Source of the DNA: Lepidodermella squamata
Taxonomy: Eukaryota; Animalia; Gastrotricha
DNA length: 64,000 bases
Direction: 5' to 3'
Assembly (NCBI GenBank): GCA_047495785.1
Contig: JBLDXI010000002.1
Coordinates: 930,001 to 994,000, forward strand
Part shown: positions 13,386-25,301 of the stretch, piece after piece
How positions within the stretch are numbered: position 1 is the first letter of the stretch
How the letters are laid out: every line of letters begins with the position of its first letter
Position numbers and translations under genes: made by a program
Notes under the pieces: model-generated
Seen by the model: only the letters and a program-made list of their open reading frames with translations
What the model was told of the DNA's origin: nothing
The model's database searches: none

Positions 13386-14002
13386 TTTCTAATTAATAGA
13401 AAAAATTCACAATTTTATTAAAAATTACCCTGTAATTATATAGGATAAGACAAATTCCTTGGAAACTGATAAGATAAAAAATTTAAGATAATTTTTTACT
13501 GACAAAAAATCTTGCAATTTTGTTTTCATTCATGAAAAAAACAATTTTTGTACCTCTCATTTTTTTTATTTCAATACAATTACTAATGTCAACCGATTTT
13601 TTCTGGCTTTTCAGCATCGTCGCACATTTTGTCGTTCGAAATTATCAAATAAATCAATTATTTAATAACGCAACAAATCGTTTTCTGTTATTTACAAAAA
13701 TTATCGGCGGCTACCGTGAGCTGTTTTTTTTTCCAATAAATGAGCTTTCTTTTTTGTCCAATAAAATTTGCATAGAGCAATATGTATATAGATGTGATGA
13801 GAGTCTACATTTTGCGCGATGTTAACAGCGCGTTATTTCCCGCAAACAACAAAAAAATGCACAACAACAAATGTTTTTGTAAAAGAAAATATGAGAGAGA
13901 AACAAAGAGAGAGAGAAGAGAGACACAGAGACAGACAAGAGACAAAATTTCTTCCTTTTCAGGTGAGAATTTTTTTCAAGGATTGATTTGAGCTGTTCTA
14001 AT

Positions 14003-15573
14003 CTAGTGATTTTCCTGGTCCCGTCGGCAAACATATGTCCGAATATCGCTGGGAAAAAATTGAAAAATAAATTTCAAAAAATTTTAAAAATTATTTCAAC
14101 TCACTATGGTGTCCGTCCACAGCAGCTATAAAAATTGGAAAAAATTAAAAATTAAGAAAAAAATTGAAATTAAAATACAAACCTGATGTATCCAGAGCTG
14201 TAAGAAAAAAAGAGAAAAAAGATTAAATTTTGAATTTTTTAAGGTGGATTTTTCTAACCTGTTGTCGCTGTATACACCGTTGCAGCAGAGTTGGCCGCTT
14301 TTACGCTCATGGATGAAAGAACCGCAGCAGAAATGAGTCTTGGTCGAGTACAAAGCGTTGCCACAGCAGTCGTAGGCCAGAGATCCGCCATTACCCATCA
14401 GCTGGAAAAAATTTCAGAAATTACAAAAAATTTCAAATTTTCTAAAATTCTTCAAACCTTATTCTGTTCGCAATAAGGCTGAACTTGGCGAGGGCCGGCG
14501 AGGGGAGGGAGGTAGTGGTTATTGAGGGCGAGCGGGGCCGAGTCAGCCTTGCGTGACGGCGCGTAGAAATTGACACGGTACGAATTGAAGCCGATCAACT
14601 CGCCACCAGGCAGTAGCACAATCGGTTCGGTGTAGCCAACCGGTGAGCATTGGAACTGGGTTGTATCGACCAAGTTATCGCCACAGCAGCGGTAGATTTC
14701 GAACGGATTAGCCAGGTGGAACCACTTGCTCGTACCGCATCGGACGTAGCAGCCGTGGGCGGGCGGGACGATTGTCGGGAATGAGGTCAAAACAGTGATG
14801 CCTGGGAAGTTAGGGACATGACGGTGGCCGAGACCGGCGGCGATCCCGCTCGTATGCGATACCAGGGTGTTCGGGAGGACTCCGGCTACGGCACCCAGCG
14901 GGCCAACTGGGATGACGGGCTCGTTGAGGGTTGTCGGGTCGCGGCTGATGTGGGGCCACGGCGCGTCCTGGACCATGACGACGCGGTTATTGACGCAGGT
15001 GTAGTACAGCCAGTTGTAGACGTCATCGCCACAGCATGAGAAGTAGCCGTACTGGCTTGGGTCGGTCAGGCGGTGGAACTTGCCGTTGCAGTTCAGCATG
15101 TCCTGGCCGTAGACGTCGCGAACCGTGGCGCGACGGTCCGGATCCGCCGGGATCTCGACCTCACGAGCCGCGACACCCTGCTGGTCAGCGAGGCCCTTCG
15201 GCCGGGTTCCGACGAAATTCGCGACCGAGCCATCGATGCCGAACTCGGTGAAGCGTTGAGTTGGTCGCTGGAAAACTGTTCGATCGACGTTGACGTATTC
15301 GAGCACGACGCCGTTGACGCAGAGTTCGCGGCGAGGGTCGTACGACTGGGTGTTGCAGCACAACAGGGTTCCGGCTGGGTTGTTCACGATGACGTCATTA
15401 CAGCACAGCAAATCGCGCCTCGACGATGGCACCACAGTTTTTCCGCAGCAAAATTCCGAGGTCGGGTCGTATCTCGCGTTGCCGCACGATGAGTACATGA
15501 ATCGAGCGAATTCGCCGCCGGCATTCGCTAGGCCGAGGCCGAGCGCCAGTACCACGGTGACTGCAAGTCGCAT
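14003..15573 (-). CDS. Secreted galaxin-like protein (exons 15573-14458, 14401-14259, 14197-14183, 14125-14105, 14048-14003)
   Basis: Signal peptide MRLAVTVVLALGLGLANA; repeated CG..YDP..E.CC and CCG..Y motifs; GT-AG introns keep frame to TAG at 14003. Confidence 0.75.
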
Positions 15574-18170
15574 TTCTCTTTTTTTATATAAGCGCGGAAG
15601 TTGAAATCCTAGATTTAAAACAGGCGTAAAATTTGAGAAATGACTTTCGCGGAGGCGCTCACTTGAAGATGACATTTTGCGCGCAACAAAAGCGCGCTTT
15701 CACAGACAATAAAAAAGAAGCGCGCGCGCATTGACACGCAATCAAAAAATGTTTGTCTGCGCGCGCGCGCAATAGAAAAAAATTCTCAGTGTTAATAAAA
15801 CGCGCGCTCGCTCGTTTATTTCAATCTCAGAGTCAATAAAAAGAATAGCGCGCGCGTTTTTATTATACACACTGGCGTATTTTTAGCAAATTTTTTACGC
15901 CATCCGCACAAAGACCGAAAAATTTCTGAATCAAAATAATGGCATCTTTTCGCGGAAGAAAATTTACAAGAAAAATTACCTCGCAGATCAAATTAATTGA
16001 TAATTAGTCAAGCAACAAAGTTTGAGATGGCGTCGGGTCACGGTAAAAGTAATGATTAAAAAATTTAATTAGTTACCATCTTGCTTCGAGAAAAATGAAG
16101 TTAGTTGCTGAAACTGAAAAATATTCTAGATGAAAAATGTAGACTATTTTGCTAGAATTCAGCGAAATAGCTCAGTTTAATTTTTCTACTCTTATCCCGG
16201 ATTTATTTAAGATGCGGGAAAAAATTGGATTAAAAAGATGGGAACTCTTGGAATATAAAGTGGGATATTAAGCTATTATGAATGTTTATATAATCCCCCT
16301 TAATATTTGCGCAGAAAATAACAACATCACACGCGTGACTTTTCGCCATGTTTCGCGCTTTGTGGTGAAATTAAAAATTAGCAACCGCGCATCTATTAAT
16401 TGCGGCTCGCTCGTGAGCGAGAAAGTGAGCCCGCCATTGTCACCCCGTGCGACAAAATTGCCATCTTCCCATTTAATTAATGATACCTTTTTATTGTATT
16501 ATTAATAGCGTCATTTAACACACGAGAAAAAGTCTTGGCGGCGTTAATTCTACAAATTAGGCGCTTATAAAAACTAGGCCCCCTCGAAATAATCCATTCC
16601 GAGTCAAAAACGTCAAATTTTCATGACGCCGAAAGTTTACGGTAATCAAAAATGTATAATTTAGCAAAGTAGGGGTATTAAAAGTTTTAAAGTGGCCTGA
16701 AACGAGAAGACCAGAGTGAAATAATTTTCGCGCAACATTCCCAAAACAATAAATATAGTTTAATAAAACAAATAATTTCGAACCAATTTGATCAAGAATA
16801 ATTTCAAGGAGCAACTTTTAAATTGTGCTCAGTGGTGATATGATTAAAGCTCTCAAGGGTAAAATATTATTGCGAATGTTTACTTTTGAAAATAGCCAAC
16901 ACGCGTGTATATTAACTTGCGCGATTTTATTTACAACAAAAAGGTAGCTGTTTATAGCGCTTTTTGCGCTTTTATTGTCTCTCAAAAGCGCATTATCGCT
17001 TTTTTGCATCATCAAAACATTTTAGCGGTTATTCAAGGTAATAAAATGGGCCAACGCGAAAAATACCTTAAATTAACTTTTAAATTTTAAGCTAAGGTTG
17101 CTATATTTTGAAAATAAATATGAGTAAAGAATTCTGATTTTACGCATGACCAATCAACAGGTGGATAAAAGGCGGTTTTCGCCATAATAAAATGATAGGT
17201 GGCAACAGGTGGTTGTGGCTGTTGTTCAGGTATATGATGAATGAAGTAGCGTGAGCCAAAAAATATTAAGGCGGCTGATGAGGTATTCGCACGCGACGCC
17301 TTCTGTTTTTGCCGCGCGGCGAACAATAAAACCGCGTGACAATAATGGACATGAAGACAACAATGATACATGTGCAATTAAGGTGGCAGTATATGAAACC
17401 GGTGATCTGTTTTTTCTTGTTTTCATGAGATACATGCGAAATGGCTGTTGTTATCGCCGCGATACCGTGTGTCTTCGCGGATAAAGTAGTATACCACTCT
17501 AGGTAGCGGAAATAGCTCTGCTCTGGGCAAAAAAAGATTCCATACCGTGAAACCAAAGGTAACAACAACGACAAGGCCATGTTATTCAAAGATTCAAATA
17601 AACCTTCTAAAATTAGGAGCAAAATGGCCAGGGCTCAGGGTGAGTCATAATTTTTCTTCAAATTTTGAGACATCTCTAGTTTTGTGCAATAATTAGTACG
17701 TAATGTTATGCGCTAATTTGCATATGCATGAGATCCTCATTAGGCCGTTGAATATGCAAATGAGCTCCAAATTGCCGCTGAAATTTGCGTCGAATTTTGA
17801 AGGAAATTCGGTTTTCCTCATATTAAAAAAAATATTTATAAAATTAAACATCCCACGATTCTATAGCGGTAATTCAGGTAAATGCCCTCCTTTAGCTCAC
17901 AGTCAAAATTCGATTTTTCATTCGATTAATGCAAATATTTTCGATTCCATGTTCTAAAACGCCATCTATAAGGATTAAAGAAATAATTGACTTTTCCAGC
18001 TTTGAAACCTGTGGTAGTAATCTGCCACATTTTGAAGCTTTTAGATGTGCTTGCCATTAAAAACATGTCAAGAATTTTCTGGAAAATTACGGCCACTGAA
18101 AAACTGATTAACCAGCTGTCCTGATTTTTCTTTATTTTTTTCTCAAATAAAAACGAACAACAAAAAAATG

Positions 18171-21100
18171 TTAATGTCGAGCGAGAGAGCGAGATTTATC
18201 GCCACGACGTTGAATCGGGTTTGAAGTCTTGCCTCTTGAAGGAGCTGGGTCGACGGGTTTTGAGCCATCTAGTAAGTGAATGGCCTCGCGGAAATCAGAG
18301 TCACGAGCAATATCAAAAGCTGCCTGGCCGTTATTGTTAGTAGCCGTTAAATCCGATATAGGCTTTAAGAACTTGACAATCGGTATCGACCTGGCCGAAA
18401 CAGCTGCCATTAACGGGGTATTTCCATCTGCATCCTTAGCATTGACGTCAATACCCCATTTCACAAGAATTTTCGCCATTTCGATGAATCCATGTTCAAT
18501 AGAAATGTGTAACAGGGTTCGGCCTGATGGGTGGTCTTTCACATCGATCTTCGCGTTTTGTTCGAGTAGAAGTCTAACAAGTCGAAGATCGTTCCTTTCA
18601 ACGGCGGTGATTAACGGCGATTTTAGATGGCCAATAGCTTCAACATCAGCGCCGTAGCTAAGGAGTAGCTTTGCGATTTTAAAATTCGATGATTCACAAG
18701 CTTTGATCAACGCATCTGCCATTTCTGAATCACTGATTGCAACACCGCTATCCAACCAGTACTGAATCGCTTTTGGATCTTGAGATTCAGCTGCTCGGTC
18801 GAAATTGCCGTAATAGGCTGGTGTTGTAGTTGTAGTCGAAGTCGTAGTAGTCGTAGTAGTCGTGATTTCGATGCAAGGATCGGGTAGAAGCCACTGATTG
18901 TTGTCGAGGCATATCAGCCTGTTGTTACTCGGCGAATTTTCGTAAAATGTATAGCAAAGAACAGTCAAATATTCGCCAACAAATAAGGAATTACGCTCGC
19001 CTCTTTCTTTGTAATACCCATGCGTCGCCTCAGGAATGTCAAAGCAAGCTGTGGAAATTAATTAAAATTTATTTGGCCTTAATTTCACATTGAAGATATT
19101 TCTCACCTTTCCGGCAAGTTCCTGAAAATGACCATTTCCTATTGGGTAGACATTGGACCACGTTAGAGCCGTCTAAGGCGTAGCCATTGGTACATTTCAG
19201 GGTCAAAATTGTTCCAACAGGGAACCTGGAGTCGTCTGTTTTGATGAAAGGTTCAGCATTGGGAAATAGCGGCGGTTTTCCACAAGGCTCTTCGTGCGCC
19301 CTGAGATCTGGAAAAAAAGCGAAATTTATTGAGGGCCATATTAAAATTCTAGAATTTTTTCAATTATTTATGGAATTTTTTTTGGGTTAAACTCAACCAA
19401 GTTTTAAGCGTTACATACAGCGCGTCCCATAAGTAGCGCAAGCAAAAAAACATAGGGAAAAGGTTCAGAAACTCTAAATTGAGAGGCGATGTCACATCTC
19501 ATGGCCAGAAAATTTCGAAAATTCACGAGAATAGTAGGTCAAGTATGTCATGGTATTAAAAAAGTCAGGGGAAATTCGTTCCAACCGGGTCAAATACCGA
19601 AAATTACCGAACCAGTTACCATCGGGGTTTTTTCAGGTTTTCTCCGGAATTGTTTTTATTTCTTCGGATAAATCGCGGATAAAAGATGGAATTTTCTCTT
19701 GATAGGTTAAATTCAATAAAATTAGTTGAATTCCTCCAAAAATTTGCCAAAATAAATATAAGATTCAGCGAAACTGGGACACGCTGTATTGGGGGAAAAT
19801 AAATTGTGAGATCAATACCTTTCCGATTCAATGTTTAATTGAATCACTGAGAAAAATATCTTGAGAAAAATATTAACTTATTTTACTGAAAATTTGGAAA
19901 AATTTCTTCCGGCCAATTCGTCATTAAATGACGAAAAATCTGAAAAATCCCGGAAGTATTAGACAATCTCATCCAAAATTGACAAACCATTCCGTAGCTT
20001 TACGACTAAATCGCGGTTGAAATCTTTCGTCAAATCAACGCCGTGATCTAGCAGCATTTTCAGGAACTGCCTATTGCCAGCTTTGATCGCTACAATAGCC
20101 GCTGATTCACCCCTGCTGTTTCCAACCGCTAAATCCGCTCCATTTCGCAACAAAACCTCGCCGATCCCAGCATAACCGCCGCGAGCAGCTAGCGTCAATG
20201 GAGTATCGAAACCGTAATCAACATTAAGGTGAGCTTCAGTAGAGTCGAAAATAGCGTTCAAATCAATGATTTTGCTGGTTTGATTCAGATAAATTTCAAC
20301 CATTCGCGAATTATTCACGAAAATAGCGGTATAGAACCCGTGCTGGACGGTTTTTGCTGAAAGTGGTAGGTTCAGCATGAGTTCAACAGCCGGATAGTGG
20401 CCAAGCCCGGTAGCTAGAACCAGAGCTGAGATTCCATTTTCATGCTTCGGAATGTATTCAATGACTTCTTTATCCTTGATTAGGAGCTTCAAAATATCAG
20501 GATCAGCTCCGGTATAGATTGCCAACTGAAGCGCATCCGTGTCATCTTGGGCTCGGACGTCGATTCTAGCGCCTTTTTCTAGGAGGTATTGAACCACCTT
20601 ACTGGTCGAATTTTGGCACGAAATTGCTCTAATCAGGGCGGTTTGGTTGACTCCGTGGAGGAAACAGTCCTTCGCGTACATTGGGTTCTGCCAGTTTATA
20701 TCAAGGCCGTGCTTTACGAACAATTTTTCGGCCTCGGCCAAATTATGGGCTATGATCGCATCGAAAAAATCCATCTCCGCATCGCCTAGGTGAAGAGAAA
20801 AGCTAATTTCATGAAATTTCCAATTCCTAAATATTTAATAAAAATCGAAAATTTCTGAAAAAATTCAAATGAATTTTATTTTATTAATGCAATAATAAAT
20901 TCAAATTCATTAATTTTATTTTGAAGCTAGGAACAAATATAAAATTATTCAAAATTTATCATTTTTTTTAGAAAAATCCTAATAGCTCGCGAATACCTGT
21001 ATTTTTGATTTTACGAGGAATAATTAGTTTACCTGGACCCTCACAGCTCGCTGCGAGAGATGCATTCCATAAGCCTGTTGCAATCGAGCAATAAGCCTGA

Positions 21101-21321
21101 GCAGCCGTATAATTCGAGGGTGGGCAAATTAATCGCAGGTTAGTTTTGCCTAGAGCCAGCCAATCATCAGGAACAGCATAAGTCATCCAAGCTAGATTTC
21201 TCGTCGTAAGTTGCTCGTAAATGCCGAATTTTATCTTCGGAATCGGGCAGCTTTTAGCAGCCGATAAGGCAGGGTATAGGATGAAGAAAATCAAGCAGAT
21301 CACAAAAATATCCCGAGACAT
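18171..21321 (-). CDS. Secreted Sushi/CCP + ankyrin-repeat protein (4 exons)
   Basis: Signal peptide + Sushi-like exon, ankyrin exon (~20790-19990), Sushi exon (~19308-19107), then Sushi + Thr linker + ankyrin exon to 18171; all junctions are phase-1 GT-AG. Confidence 0.7.
19418..19786. mobile_element. Tc1/mariner-type MITE (TA TSD) in an intron
   Basis: TA|CAGCGCGTCCCA ... TGGGACACGCTG|TA. Confidence 0.75.
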
Positions 21322-21902
21322 GAGCCTGGAATCGTCTATAAATTTGAAAGAGCGAACCTTTAATTAAAAAATTGAAAATTTCGCCAGTGAGAATTGAAAA
21401 TTAATATTGGGAGCAAAATTAGCTAATTAAAACCCATTATTTGAACTGAAAATAATTGTTCATAACAGTTGCTTGTACCTATTATTCATGCGCAGCTGTT
21501 TGCATGTTTACCTTGGGAACAGTGTAATTCCCAGATGATTCAAACTTGAGGGGCCATTTTCGCCAGAAACATTATTTACTGAAAATCTTCTTACAAGATT
21601 CTCGGGCACTCAGCGAGCCAAATTTTATTGAAAAGTCTTGACTGGAACTTTGGGCCTGAATCTTGGCTTTTCAAAGCTATAATTTTAAAATTAATCAATT
21701 TTAAAAAAATCTACCAGCTTTGATTTTCCCTTTCTTCCCAATGCAAATCCGCGTCGTCTTGAAAAATTCAATAAAGGCAGTGAAATTACCGGAGTTTTTT
21801 TATTTATTCAAAAATGATCAAAGCGTTTTTCCAGAGATGGCAAGTGTTGATGTTGATTTGTTGAGCCGAAAGCCAAAGGTAGGTCCGAACAGCCGCCGAT
21901 TA

Positions 21903-22049
21903 TTATTTATCGATGCTCCTTAAAGACTGAATGAAGCCGTCGATGTAGATACCGGCGAAAAATAGCAAGCCGGCTAGCATGAATGTCGCGATGACGAGGC
22001 CAAATATGACTATGCCAAGCGAATAGCCGCATTCGTTATTACAGCTCAT
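21903..22049 (-). CDS. Putative 48-aa single-pass membrane micropeptide
   Basis: MSCNNECGYSLGIVIFGLVIATFMLAGLLFFAGIYIDGFIQSLRSIDK*; paralog at 24329-24445. Confidence 0.45.
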   Translation of the reverse strand: MSCNNECGYSLGIVIFGLVIATFMLAGLLFFAGIYIDGFIQSLRSIDK

Positions 22050-22129
22050 CGGTATAATATAATCTTAAGAAAAAACTTCGAATAAAGTTCCAAGTTTATC
22101 GAATGATATATGAAGAAAAAGATTCCGGA

Positions 22130-22261
22130 TCAGTAGTTTAACATTTTATCGAAATATGGAACGGCGATGAGCCATATTACGGCGACGATGAAAGCCGAGC
22201 CGAAGACGATGCCGCAGAATGACAAATAATATGCCGGCCAGGACATATTTTCGTAGCCCAT
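22130..22261 (-). CDS. Putative 43-aa single-pass membrane micropeptide
   Basis: MGYENMSWPAYYLSFCGIVFGSAFIVAVIWLIAVPYFDKMLNY*; truncated paralog starts at 23680. Confidence 0.45.
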   Translation of the reverse strand: MGYENMSWPAYYLSFCGIVFGSAFIVAVIWLIAVPYFDKMLNY

Positions 22262-22560
22262 GGTAGTGCCGGTCCGAAAAATCCAAAAAAAAAAATAAAA
22301 TCGGAATTAAAATGATAGACACCCTGCCCGTCGTGTCCCACTTTTCATACGCTAATCGGCGGCACGGCTCCACTTACCAACCAGATTAACCGTGGGTTTG
22401 ACAAAGTTCCAGGTGTTGTCGCACTTTTACAGTGATGATTCACCGCCTAAGGTTATTAGCGCAATGAGGCCACTTCACGCATGTTTGCGCAAATATCAAA
22501 TGGGCTAATGCCTAATGCCTATTGTCCCTAACTACTGGCCCTAATTTTGAATAGCAAAAC

Positions 22561-22874
22561 ATGGAACTATTCGCTGCTTCCCTGTGGCTGTTCACTCTCG
22601 CTCTAGCCGGTGCATTTGCTACGTTGGGCGCCTTAGGATTACTGATTTATCACCTGATAGTGAGTTATTGAAAGCAAAAACATATTTATTCAAGTTAGGC
22701 AACACAATTTAAAATTCAAATTTTTCAGATCTCCACAATCGATTTTTCTTAAGTATGAGGCTACCGCAATGGTCGGGTCCCGAAACCTTTGTCTGCGCTA
22801 TTGTTGGCGTTGTCTTTTTACTTGGAGGAGTCGTTGCTTTCTTCGCCTACATTTATCAATCTGCGGCTTCATGA
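22561..22874 (+). pseudogene. Two-exon 2-TM small protein, copy 1 (exon 2 out of phase at the obvious acceptor)
   Basis: Close paralog of 24826-25142, but 2 extra nt after the AG acceptor break the frame. Confidence 0.4.
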
Positions 22875-23118
22875 CCAATTTTTAAATAAAATTTGTACAT
22901 CAAACAAATGTATTTTTTCGGAAATTCTTAGTAAGTTGAGGGGACAATGACAGAATCAAAGGCATCGGCCGCACTTTAAGGTGTAATTGCGACTATTTTT
23001 CAGGTAGATTCAAGGTGTAACGCGGGTACCAGCTACGGCAATGTTGGGCTGAAGTGGGAAAAATCAGGAAAATATGAGCATTCCTTGTAACGCTGGCTCA
23101 TCTTTTGAATTGGTAATA

Positions 23119-24217
23119 CAGCGTGTCGCAGAAGTTGCGCAAGTTGTTTTCAATTTGGCAGTTTTTCTTTGGAGGAAAATCAGCCAATTGTTTTTGCAAT
23201 TAAACCTAAACCGAGGGAATATTCCATCTCTTATCCGCGATTTTACCGAAGAAATGAATAATTTACCGGAGAAAACCCGGAAAACCCTGATGGTTATTGG
23301 CTCGGTAATTTTCGGTTGGGACCACATTTCTCGTGACTTTTTTAACCCCATTAACCAATGACAGAGCCCGAAAAAGCCGAACTTTTACCGTTTATTGTCA
23401 AAAAATTGATCATTTATGAAAAATTGTGAAAAAGCGGCGAATTTCCTTGCGAATCGAGCGAATTTTTGATGTTTCTATTATTGTGAAGCCGAAAGCTACT
23501 GATCCATGGAAGGTTGCCGTCATGCTTCTTAGTTGAATTAGCGCTGGTTTTGTGGATGGAAATCCCGGCGAATAAAATGAAGCCAATTATAACAGCAAAA
23601 TTTCGCGACGATCAGGCCTGATCAACAATTCCGCAAAATTTCAAATAAAAAGCCGACCATGACATATTTTCGTAGCCCATGATGATTCAAAATTTTAAAA
23701 AATTTAAATTTAAATTCTATTCTATCCCAAATAATCGACCTGGGAATTTTGCCTAAGAAATCGCTTGTCCCAATTAAATACGTGCCACCTACTGGCGCAA
23801 GCCGAAATTAATCCGAAGCGGCGAGTTTATACATCTCAACCAGATTAGCTCATGAGACGTAGTTAGCTACGTCTCATGGATTAGCTGTGTACTTTCGGCT
23901 TCTTGGTTCCAAGCTTAATCTTAAGATCTTAGAAACATCTAAAGTGCCATATGGAACAGTAATCAGGTGTGTCTCTTTTCAATGGGATTAAAAAAATCCG
24001 AAAAAATCTGATCCAACCAGGTAAAAACCGAAAATTACCGAACCAGTAATCATCGGGATTATCGAGTTTTTTCCGGTTAATTTTTTATTTCTTCAGTAAA
24101 AAATCGTTAATGAAGGACAGAAGATTCCCCCAGTGGTCTTAATTACTGAAAATGAGTTTTACATTTCTAAAAAAATTCAAAAATTCAAAATGTTTGCGCA
24201 ACTTGTGGGACACACTG
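23119..24217. mobile_element. Inverted pair of Tc1/mariner-type MITE ends (same family as 19418-19786)
   Basis: TA|CAGCGTGTCGCAGAAGTTGCGCAA ... TTGCGCAACTTGTGGGACACACTG|TA; ~230-bp arms resemble the 19418 element. Confidence 0.55.
23851..23878. mobile_element. 28-bp hairpin mini-element with 8-bp TSD (hAT-like)
   Basis: CATGAGACGTAG-TTAG-CTACGTCTCATG flanked by GATTAGCT twice; absent from the paralogous sites at ~22380 and ~24650. Confidence 0.75.
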
Positions 24218-24328
24218 TAGAATCATTAGAAAATCAACATTTGGGACATTTTTAAAGTCAAGACCAAAATTGGCTCCACAACAGCAAATTAGGTCCCGGT
24301 CACCGTTTAGGTTGGAATTAGGTTCAGC

Positions 24329-24445
24329 TCAAAAGCTCAAAGAACCGGCGGTCATAATTAAGGCGACTAAGGCCCCTGTCGCGATGATGAGGCCAAATAT
24401 GATAAATGCGCCAAGAAAATAGCCGCTTACGTCGTGGCAGCTCAT
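24329..24445 (-). CDS. Putative 38-aa membrane micropeptide (paralog of 21903-22049)
   Basis: MSCHDVSGYFLGAFIIFGLIIATGALVALIMTAGSLSF*. Confidence 0.4.
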   Translation of the reverse strand: MSCHDVSGYFLGAFIIFGLIIATGALVALIMTAGSLSF

Positions 24446-24825
24446 CTCTATAGCCGGAATAGAGAAAATAACTTCAAAGGCAGTTTATGTTTAACAAATT
24501 ATCAAATTGTTAGCATTTTTGAATGCCGCGGTTTTACTTATAATACTTCGAATCGGATTTTAATATCGGATTTTGAATGAGACTTTTCCGTGAATAAAAC
24601 CCAGCCCATCGTGTCCCACTTTTCATATCTGATGTGAGGACTCAACCGGATTAGCCGTGGGCTTGAAAAATTCCCAATTGTTTTCACCCTGAGCTACCGC
24701 TTTTAAGGTGATTTGCGCAGCGCAACTCCGCGCCACTTCACGCGAGCTTTTGAAACTGTGCGCTAATACCACATCCACTAATGCCAATGTCCCTACCGGC
24801 TGGCCTCAATGCTGAGTAGCGAAAC

Positions 24826-25142
24826 ATGGAACTTCTTCATCCAACCCTGTGGTTTTTCACTCTCGCTGTAGCCGGTGCATTCGCTACATTAGGCGCCATA
24901 GGAATACTGATTTATTACCTGATAGTGAGTTTTTGAAAGATAACAGGTAAGTATTTTCTCGAATCTCGCTACAGAAGTTAAAATTCAATTTTTTTCAGAA
25001 CTACAATCGATTTTTCTTAAGTATGAGGCTACCGCAATGGTCGGGCCCCGAAACTTTTGTCTGCGCTATTGTTGGCGTTGTCTTTTTACTTGGAGGAGTC
25101 GCTGCTTTCTTCGCCTACATTTATCAATCTGCGGCTGCATGA
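24826..25142 (+). CDS. Two-exon ~80-aa protein with two TM helices
   Basis: MELLHPTLWFFTLAVAGAFATLGAIGILIYYLI | NYNRFFLSMRLPQWSGPETFVCAIVGVVFLLGGVAAFFAYIYQSAAA*; GTGAGT...TTTCAG intron; AATAAA downstream. Confidence 0.55.
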
Positions 25143-25301
25143 GCAATTTTTAAATAAAATTTCGTACATCAAACAACGTTTTTATTCCGAAATTCTTAGA
25201 AAATTGAGGTGCAAACAAGTATGAAAAACCTAAAAAAATCATCGGGCAGTGAATATTAAACGGAAAATTCATGAAAAAGAGTTAGGAAAGCAGTTTATCG
25301 G

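Noticed and set aside
16278-17957. Several 60-120-aa ORFs
   Set aside because: No domains, splice-consistent model or codon signal seen; treated as non-coding.
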